Part shown: piece by piece, positions 26,770 to 32,000 of the stretch | Numbering within the stretch: the first letter of the stretch is position 1 | Layout: each line of letters starts with the position of its first letter | Source: Candidatus Saccharimonadota bacterium | Lineage (GTDB): Bacteria; Patescibacteriota; Saccharimonadia; Saccharimonadales; UBA4665 | Reading direction: 5' to 3' | NCBI GenBank assembly: GCA_003516025.1 | Contig: CP023991.1 | Location: 629,370-661,369, forward strand | Length of the DNA stretch: 32,000 bases | The notes under the pieces: generated by a model | Told to the model about the DNA's origin: nothing | Database searches by the model: none | The model's input: the letters and a program-made list of their open reading frames with translations, nothing else | Program-made: the position numbers and the translations under genes

Positions 26770-27438
26770 ATGGATAATAATTTCAAACTTCAGCCTAAAG
26801 CCGTTATATTCGACGCTGACGGTACACTGTTCAATAGCTTTGAGCTGATTTACTCTGCCTATCAGCATGTAGCAGTAACGCATAGCTTACGAACTCCTAC
26901 ACCCGAAGAGATTCGAGTACAAATGGGTAATTCGCTGCCCGATATTTTTCAGGCGTTATATCCAGGACACGATGTGACTGAGCTTTTACAAACAAATAAT
27001 ACATACGTTGCTGCCAACGCCATGAAGTATGAAGCTTTTGAAGGTTTGCGAGAAGTCCTGCAGTTGCTGCAATACAGGGACATAAAGTTAGCGATCTTAA
27101 CCAGTGGCGGTGCCAATGTTCTCAAAATTCTTAAACATCACGATGTCGAACACTACTTTACGAGCGTCGTGCATCATGAACGTATAACCAATCCCAAACC
27201 CGATCCTGAAGGCTTTTTATTAGCTGCTAGGGAATGTGACGTTAAACCGGGCGATGCAATCATGGTAGGCGACACTGTCAGTGACGTTCTGACCGGCAAG
27301 AACGCCCGGGCACTTGCGACAGTAGCCATTACTCATGGTTATGGCTTGCGCGATGATTTAGTCGAAGCTAATCCGGATTTTATTGTCGACAGTCTCCATG
27401 AGTTTGCCAAACTTATGGCTAATCTTTTAGTACAATAG
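26770..27438 (+). CDS. HAD-superfamily hydrolase (phosphoglycolate phosphatase/PGMB-like subfamily IA)
   Basis: Motif I IFDADGTLFNS, motif II LTSG, motif III K (NPKPDPEG), motif IV VGDTVSDV. The start at 26770 avoids overlap with the YdeI-like gene. Confidence 0.85.
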   Translation: MDNNFKLQPKAVIFDADGTLFNSFELIYSAYQHVAVTHSLRTPTPEEIRVQMGNSLPDIFQALYPGHDVTELLQTNNTYVAANAMKYEAFEGLREVLQLLQYRDIKLAILTSGGANVLKILKHHDVEHYFTSVVHHERITNPKPDPEGFLLAARECDVKPGDAIMVGDTVSDVLTGKNARALATVAITHGYGLRDDLVEANPDFIVDSLHEFAKLMANLLVQ

Positions 27439-27442
27439 CTTC

Positions 27443-27910
27443 ATGCCCGGTAAGCCCGAACGGTCAAAGCGACCCAATCCGACCCACCACGCCGCCGACT
27501 TCGGTCTCGACGTCCTGTCGGGCGACGACGACATGTTTCGTTGGTTTTTATTATCGTATTTGTTTGGTAAGCCGATTCAGTCAGGCGTTGCCGCCCAAAC
27601 CTGGCGCATATTCGTCAAACGCGGCATGGATACGCCGTGGGCAATCCTCGAAGCCTCGCCGCGCAGCTTGGTGCGACTGCTCGATGAAGGCAAGTACACC
27701 CGCTATGATGAGGTCATGACGCGAGCCCTGCAAAAATGTATGGAGCAACTGACCCGTGATTACGAAGGCTCGCTCATGCTGATGTACGAAAATTCCCTTG
27801 ATGAAGAGGAGTTTTCAAAACGCCTGCAGGAATTGTACGGCGTCGGACCGAAAACCGCCGAAATCTTTATGCGCGAAACCGAGGAGTTGTTTGCGCGCCG
27901 GGTCGAGTAA
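27443..27910 (+). CDS. Hypothetical protein with a helix-hairpin-helix motif (HhH-GPD-like, short)
   Basis: LQELYGVGPKTAEIFMRE resembles the HhH of EndoIII-type glycosylases. The protein ends about 18 aa later, so the catalytic Asp region is not evident. Confidence 0.5.
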   Translation: MPGKPERSKRPNPTHHAADFGLDVLSGDDDMFRWFLLSYLFGKPIQSGVAAQTWRIFVKRGMDTPWAILEASPRSLVRLLDEGKYTRYDEVMTRALQKCMEQLTRDYEGSLMLMYENSLDEEEFSKRLQELYGVGPKTAEIFMRETEELFARRVE

Positions 27911-27953
27911 ACGCAGTTTGCTATAGTAAGGACAGTAAAGCTAAGGAGGCGTT

Positions 27954-28415
27954 ATGGAACAAAAGATTACACCCAACTTGTGGTTCAATGGCGATGCCAA
28001 GCAGGCTATCGATTACTATGCATCAGTTTTCCCGGATAGTGCTATTGGTACGACGGCTTATTATCCGAACACACCCGAAGAAGGCTTGGCCGACTTCCAA
28101 CTCGACATGGCCGGCAAAGTGCTAACTATTGAGTTCGCACTGAGTGGCCAGCATTTTACCGCCATCAACGCTGACGCCACCTTTAAATTTACCGAAGCCA
28201 TCTCGTTTGTGGTCGGCTGCAAAGATCAGGCCGAAATCGATTACTTTTGGGACAAACTCTCCAGTGATCCCGCCTCGGAACAATGCGGCTGGTGCAAAGA
28301 TCAATTCGGCCTCAGTTGGCAGATAGTACCTGAAAACATTGCTGAATTGCTGGCAAGACCAGGCGCCTACGCCAACATGATGCAGATGAAGAAGCTGGTA
28401 ATCGCGGACTTCTAG
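27954..28415 (+). CDS. VOC-superfamily protein (PhnB / 3-demethylubiquinone-9 3-methyltransferase-domain type)
   Basis: N-terminus KITPNLWFNGDAKQAIDYYASVFPDS and ...CGWCKDQFGLSWQIVP are characteristic of this family. Confidence 0.8.
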   Translation: MEQKITPNLWFNGDAKQAIDYYASVFPDSAIGTTAYYPNTPEEGLADFQLDMAGKVLTIEFALSGQHFTAINADATFKFTEAISFVVGCKDQAEIDYFWDKLSSDPASEQCGWCKDQFGLSWQIVPENIAELLARPGAYANMMQMKKLVIADF

Positions 28416-28435
28416 CTATTTCTACCGAAAATAGT

Positions 28436-28455
28436 AACAGTTAATTAACTGTTTT
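28436..28455 (+). terminator. Weak AT-rich hairpin plus T run after the VOC gene
   Basis: aacagtt-aatt-aactgtt (7-bp stem) followed by tt. The stem is weak, so confidence is low. Confidence 0.35.
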
Positions 28456-28461
28456 GCTTAT

Positions 28462-29023
28462 TTGAGTACTTTTATTGCAAAATGGTTCGGCGGACTAACA
28501 GCGCTTGGTAAAACCGGTTTTGTAACTGCCTCGGTCGTCGGATTGTCCATGGTCGGCCAGCAAATCCACCGCAGTACAGCAAGCCAAACAAGCTGACCGG
28601 GTAGAGCATAAAACAGTCACCACCACGGAAACAATCCCGTATACCTCCTCTACCGTTGACAGCAGCTCGCTCCCCAATGGCACTACCCAAGTACAGACAA
28701 AGGGCATTAATGGCGTACGGACGCGTACATTTGATGCTACCTACACGAACGGCGTAGAGACGGCGCGGGTCGAAACCGGCACCCACATTACTACTGCGCC
28801 GATTAGCGAAGTGCTTGCCGTCGGCACCTACGTCGCGTCCGTTCAGCCAAGCTGTCCGAACGGCACCTACGTGAATTCAGCAGGGAATTCAGTATGCCGG
28901 CCCTATGAAAGCGCCGGTGCCCCGGCTGAGGCGTCTGCGCGGTGTCGGGACGGCTCGTATAGCTTTAGCAAAAGCCGAAGCGGTACCTGCTCAAGCCATG
29001 GCGGCGTGGCCGCCTGGATATAA
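28462..29023 (+). pseudogene. G5-domain / DUF3761-type secreted protein, apparently split by a 1-nt frameshift (or a sequencing error)
   Basis: Frame 1 (28462-28596) encodes a TM/signal anchor, (M)STFIAKWFGGLTALGKTGFVTASVVGLSMVGQQ.... Frame 2 is open from 28526 and encodes ...KTVTTTETIPYTSSTVDSSSLPNGTTQVQTKGINGVRTRTFDATYTNGVE... (G5-like), then C..DGSYSFSKSRSGTCSSHGGVAAW (DUF3761-like). The track only reports 28811-29023. Confidence 0.55.
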
Positions 29024-29122
29024 CAATAGCGTCATATACTTTGATTTGCCCATACCGCTAAAGCCAGTACAATAGGATATATAAAGGCGGGGAGGCCAAT
29101 TATATCCAAGCAGCGTACATGG

Positions 29123-29746
29123 TTGCAGAAGAGGTACCGGAAACTGGTCCAAGCCAACGGCCGGTTACTTGCCGTAAGCGGGGTCGTGTTTCTTATAATC
29201 GCCTACAGCGGTACTCATGCCGCTTACCGGGAACTTATGGCCAGCCGTAAGATTAACGTCAACTACAGCCAGTTGCTTGACACAATCGCCAAAGGTGAAA
29301 GCCGTGGCAATTACAATGCCTATTTCGGTAACGCCAGCAACACCAGCCTCCAATTTACCGCCATGACCGTTACCCAAGTGTTGCAGTGGCAAAAAGACTA
29401 CGTAGAGCAGGGGAATGCCAGTAGCGCGGTCGGTAAGTACCAGATCCTCCGGCCGACACTCATTAAACTTGTCAGACAACTAAAACTTACGGGAAACGAA
29501 AAGTTTGATGCACGGCTACAAGACTCGCTAGCTGTCGCGTTACTCGAAAAACGCGGCTCACAGGATTATTTGCGTAAAGATATAACAAGAGAAGAGTTTG
29601 CAGCTAATTTAGCCAAAGAATGGGCAGCCTTGCCGAAGATAGTCGGTTCCGATCCCGAACAAAGCTATTACGCAGGCGACGGTATAAATAAGGTGCAAAT
29701 AACAATCGAAGAAATGTATACGGCGCTGGCGTCTCTAAAGACATAA
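29123..29746 (+). CDS. Membrane-anchored lambda-lysozyme-like lytic transglycosylase (GH104-like); start codon uncertain
   Basis: TM segment LLAVSGVVFLIIAY. Motifs IAKGESRGNYNAY (catalytic Glu context), AVGKYQILRPTL, LQDSLAVALLEKRG and EWAALPK parallel the phage lambda R transglycosylase. The TTG start lies far from the GGAGG at 29091-29095. Confidence 0.72.
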   Translation: MQKRYRKLVQANGRLLAVSGVVFLIIAYSGTHAAYRELMASRKINVNYSQLLDTIAKGESRGNYNAYFGNASNTSLQFTAMTVTQVLQWQKDYVEQGNASSAVGKYQILRPTLIKLVRQLKLTGNEKFDARLQDSLAVALLEKRGSQDYLRKDITREEFAANLAKEWAALPKIVGSDPEQSYYAGDGINKVQITIEEMYTALASLKT

Positions 29747-29769
29747 GCGCTATCCTTAAAAACTTTTAG

Positions 29770-30537
29770 CTATTGCCATGTGGCGCCACTGCGCACTTTA
29801 TTGACGCCGTTAACCCAATTGCCACCGACCTGTACTTTATGCTGCGGCATGCCGCCGGATCCATCACCGGTATCCCGTGCCAAATTGACAACATATGGCC
29901 GTAACAGCAGATAGACTCCGGCATTCGCGCCCGTTTCAGCTGGCGTACCGCCACGCACACCAGTACTCTCGGCAACCGCTAACGGCGATTCCCAATATGC
30001 CGTTCCTGACCGTCCGGTAGTGCCACTCTCTTGAGCGGCATCCATCCATTCATTGGGCCCTGAAGCAGGTATCGGCGCCCACTGAGATGAGTTATCGTTC
30101 ACGGTCATTCCCCATACGGGCATACAACCTGGGATTGATGCCGTTTGACTATCCATAGTATATACACCCGCCATGTTGGTAGTGCCGCGCGTAGTCGGTG
30201 TCGCATCGAGGGGCACTACCGGATCGACTCCTGATACCGCCATCATTTTTAATGTTTTACTTACCAAAGTAGCCGATATGGTGACCGTTAGGTTTACCGC
30301 ACCAACATCAGCGGCATCGGCGGTCTTATACAAGAACGTAAAACGCGAGCTGGAACCAGCCTGGGCAAATACTCCCGTCCAGCCAGCGGCCGTAAAATCA
30401 GCAGTATTATTACTGGCTATAGCGACAATCAAAAAGTCTCCAGCGACCACATCATTCGGATAGGCGACCGTCACGGTTGTCGAAAATGAACCGCCAGCAC
30501 CCGTACGCGCACCAAAACGTGGTATTCCTATCGCCAT
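29770..30537 (-). CDS. Hypothetical beta-rich protein (255 aa), divergent from the fibre-like gene
   Basis: ATG start with a GAGGA SD. Gly/Thr/Ala/Val-rich with no TM helix. The C-terminal KVQVGGNWVNGVNKVRSGATWQ resembles endings seen in phage tail-associated proteins (from memory). Confidence 0.6.
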   Translation of the reverse strand: MAIGIPRFGARTGAGGSFSTTVTVAYPNDVVAGDFLIVAIASNNTADFTAAGWTGVFAQAGSSSRFTFLYKTADAADVGAVNLTVTISATLVSKTLKMMAVSGVDPVVPLDATPTTRGTTNMAGVYTMDSQTASIPGCMPVWGMTVNDNSSQWAPIPASGPNEWMDAAQESGTTGRSGTAYWESPLAVAESTGVRGGTPAETGANAGVYLLLRPYVVNLARDTGDGSGGMPQHKVQVGGNWVNGVNKVRSGATWQ

Positions 30538-30696
30538 CAGTATAGTTCCTCAGTAATTGCAAATAACATAACCGATAATTCTTCCGATTATAGCATGAGC
30601 ACTAAAAAAAGGGAATGTATACATTTGCGTGTATATCTGTCATATTGTTTATGCTATTATTTAAACAATTGTAAATATGTAAAAGAAGATTAAGTT

Positions 30697-32000
30697 ATGT
30701 CAATGCAGCGATTACCAGTACCAGGCGGCGATGATGGAGCCTGGGGTAACGTGCTTAATGAATTCTTAGAGGTTTCCCATAATACGGATGGGACTCTCAA
30801 GCCATCGGCAGTGCAGGCCGTCAGCAATACCATCATTCCTGACGCCACGACCACTACAAAAGGTACGATTCGGCTGGCCGGCGACTTAACCGGTACAGCC
30901 CTTGCGCCGCTTATCGCGCCTGGCGCGGTTACTGGTGGAGTAGGCAGCATTGCCGCCGGCACAATTACCGACGCTAACATTCATACCAGCGCTAACATCG
31001 CCAAAAGCAAGTTAGCGCCGCTTGCTATACATAACAGCGACATTGCTTCAAATGCTGAAATTGCCCAAAGTAAAGTACTCGGCTTAACATCTGATTTAGC
31101 TAGCAAGGCTAGCATCATCCATGCGCATCCAATTAGTGATATTACAGACCTGTCCGCTACACTAACTGCCAAGGCCGATGCCAATGCTACGACCACCGCA
31201 TTAAACGCCAAGGCCAACATAACTGATGTAAACGCCGCGCTTGTTACAAAAGAGCCAAGCATCATCGCTGGTACTACCGTGCAGTATTACCGGGGCGACA
31301 AAACGTGGCAGCCCTTATCAAAATCTACCCTCGGCCTTAGCGCAGTCGACAATACCAGTGATGCCAACAAACCAGTTTCTACCGCCACCCAAACGGCGCT
31401 AACGAATATCACGACTGCTTTAGCTAACAAGGCTGATACCACTAACGTAAATGCTGCCCTAACAAACAAGGCAGATACAGTCCACGCCCATAGCTCAAGT
31501 GACATCACAAATTTTGACGAAAGCGTTGGTGATACAATCGGCGCGAAACTGGTAGCTGGAACAAATATTGCCGTTAACTATGATGTAGATACCGGTGAGA
31601 CGATCATATCTTCTTTAGTCGCAGTTGAAAGCGGTGAAGAAAGTACCTCCGTAACAACAGTGGCTGGAAGAACTGGGGATGTCGTGTTGGTCGCCGGAGA
31701 CATTACCGGTGGCACCCTTGCCACAGCGCGGATACCAAACCTTAGTGCTACAAAGATTGCCAGCGATACGTTAGACATTGCCCGGATTCCAACGGGCAGC
31801 TCAGCCAATACCGTCTCACTCGGCAACCATACGCATAGCGGATATGCAGCCGTAGCACACATCCATGATGAAGCGGACATAGAGGGGCTTACCGCTAGCC
31901 TAGCCAGTAAGGCATCCCTAATCCATATTCACGACATCGGAGATACGGCCGGCTTACAAGCAGCTTTGGATCTGAAGGCTGAAGCTAGCGATGTCTCGAG
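30697..32000 (+). CDS. Phage-tail-fibre-like repeat protein (434 codons in the window; 3' end beyond the window); absent from the supplied ORF track
   Basis: Translated by hand from ATG 30697 (in-frame TAA at 30691). There is no stop to 32000, and 1304 nt equals 434 codons plus 2 nt. Motifs: PVPGGDDGAWGNVLNEFL..HNTDGTLK, ATTTTKGTIRLAGDLTG, YYRGDKTWQPL...VDNTSDANKPVSTATQTAL, TVAGRTGDVVLVAGDI, and repeated HxH boxes (HAH 31120, HAH 31483, HTH 31828, HIH 31858, HIH 31924). Confidence 0.8.
   Translation, partial: MSMQRLPVPGGDDGAWGNVLNEFLEVSHNTDGTLKPSAVQAVSNTIIPDATTTTKGTIRLAGDLTGTALAPLIAPGAVTGGVGSIAAGTITDANIHTSANIAKSKLAPLAIHNSDIASNAEIAQSKVLGLTSDLASKASIIHAHPISDITDLSATLTAKADANATTTALNAKANITDVNAALVTKEPSIIAGTTVQYYRGDKTWQPLSKSTLGLSAVDNTSDANKPVSTATQTALTNITTALANKADTTNVNAALTNKADTVHAHSSSDITNFDESVGDTIGAKLVAGTNIAVNYDVDTGETIISSLVAVESGEESTSVTTVAGRTGDVVLVAGDITGGTLATARIPNLSATKIASDTLDIARIPTGSSANTVSLGNHTHSGYAAVAHIHDEADIEGLTASLASKASLIHIHDIGDTAGLQAALDLKAEASDVS

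Noticed and set aside
28472-28786. Minus-strand ORFs 28472-28786 and 28495-28707.
   Set aside because: They lie opposite the plus-strand frame that encodes a recognisable G5-type domain, so they are shadow ORFs.
30690-31880. Four minus-strand ORFs from the track (30690-30980, 30981-31265, 31287-31508, 31578-31880).
   Set aside because: They tile the antisense strand of one uninterrupted plus-strand ORF with clear tail-fibre motifs. Their products are Ala/Val/Leu/Ser-rich sequences typical of shadow frames opposite an Ala/Thr/Asn-rich gene.
31100-32000. Periodic DNA repeats that might have been read as a CRISPR-like or tandem-repeat array.
   Set aside because: The periodicity is at the protein level (HxH and KA-type fibre repeats), with divergent nucleotide sequence and irregular spacing. 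There is no repeat-spacer structure.

Overview
This is a gene-dense bacterial chromosomal segment read with the standard code: TGA is a stop at several well-supported gene ends, such as nrdJ and the P-loop kinase at 13186-13707. Many small or membrane-anchored salvage and hydrolase genes suggest a reduced-genome CPR/Patescibacteria (Saccharibacteria-like) organism, but that placement is inference only. The backbone is as follows. (1) The 3' part of a UvrD/AddA-type helicase-nuclease, an aquaporin and an unknown protein. (2) A complete F1Fo ATP synthase operon on the minus strand (atpZ-like, B, E, F, H, A, G, D, an extra 76-aa ORF, C; 4230-11147). (3) A plus-strand block with a glutaredoxin-like protein, a CobA/CobO-type corrinoid adenosyltransferase, a P-loop kinase, a membrane-anchored staphylococcal-type nuclease, and a GT2/glycoside-hydrolase pair. 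(4) smpB and tRNA-Asn(GTT). (5) A visibly AT-richer ~1.6 kb islet directly after the tRNA. It ends at a degenerate copy of the tRNA 3' end and carries a HEPN-like (RxxxxH) protein plus a 3-TM protein. (6) A deoxynucleotide-supply cluster with three Nudix genes, a dNMP-kinase-like P-loop protein, a short class II (B12-type) ribonucleotide reductase and an APH-family kinase. (7) An MFS exporter and small housekeeping genes. (8) At the 3' end, a cell-envelope or phage-like group: an apparently frameshifted G5/DUF3761 gene, a lambda-lysozyme-like (GH104-like) transglycosylase, a beta-rich 255-aa protein, and a long phage-tail-fibre-like ORF (30697 to beyond 32000). That last ORF is absent from the supplied ORF track because it runs off the window. 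I recognised no rRNA, CRISPR array, transposase or integrase. The best candidates for something new are the tRNA-anchored HEPN-like/3-TM pair, the tail-fibre-like surface module, and the extra ORF wedged between atpD and atpC.
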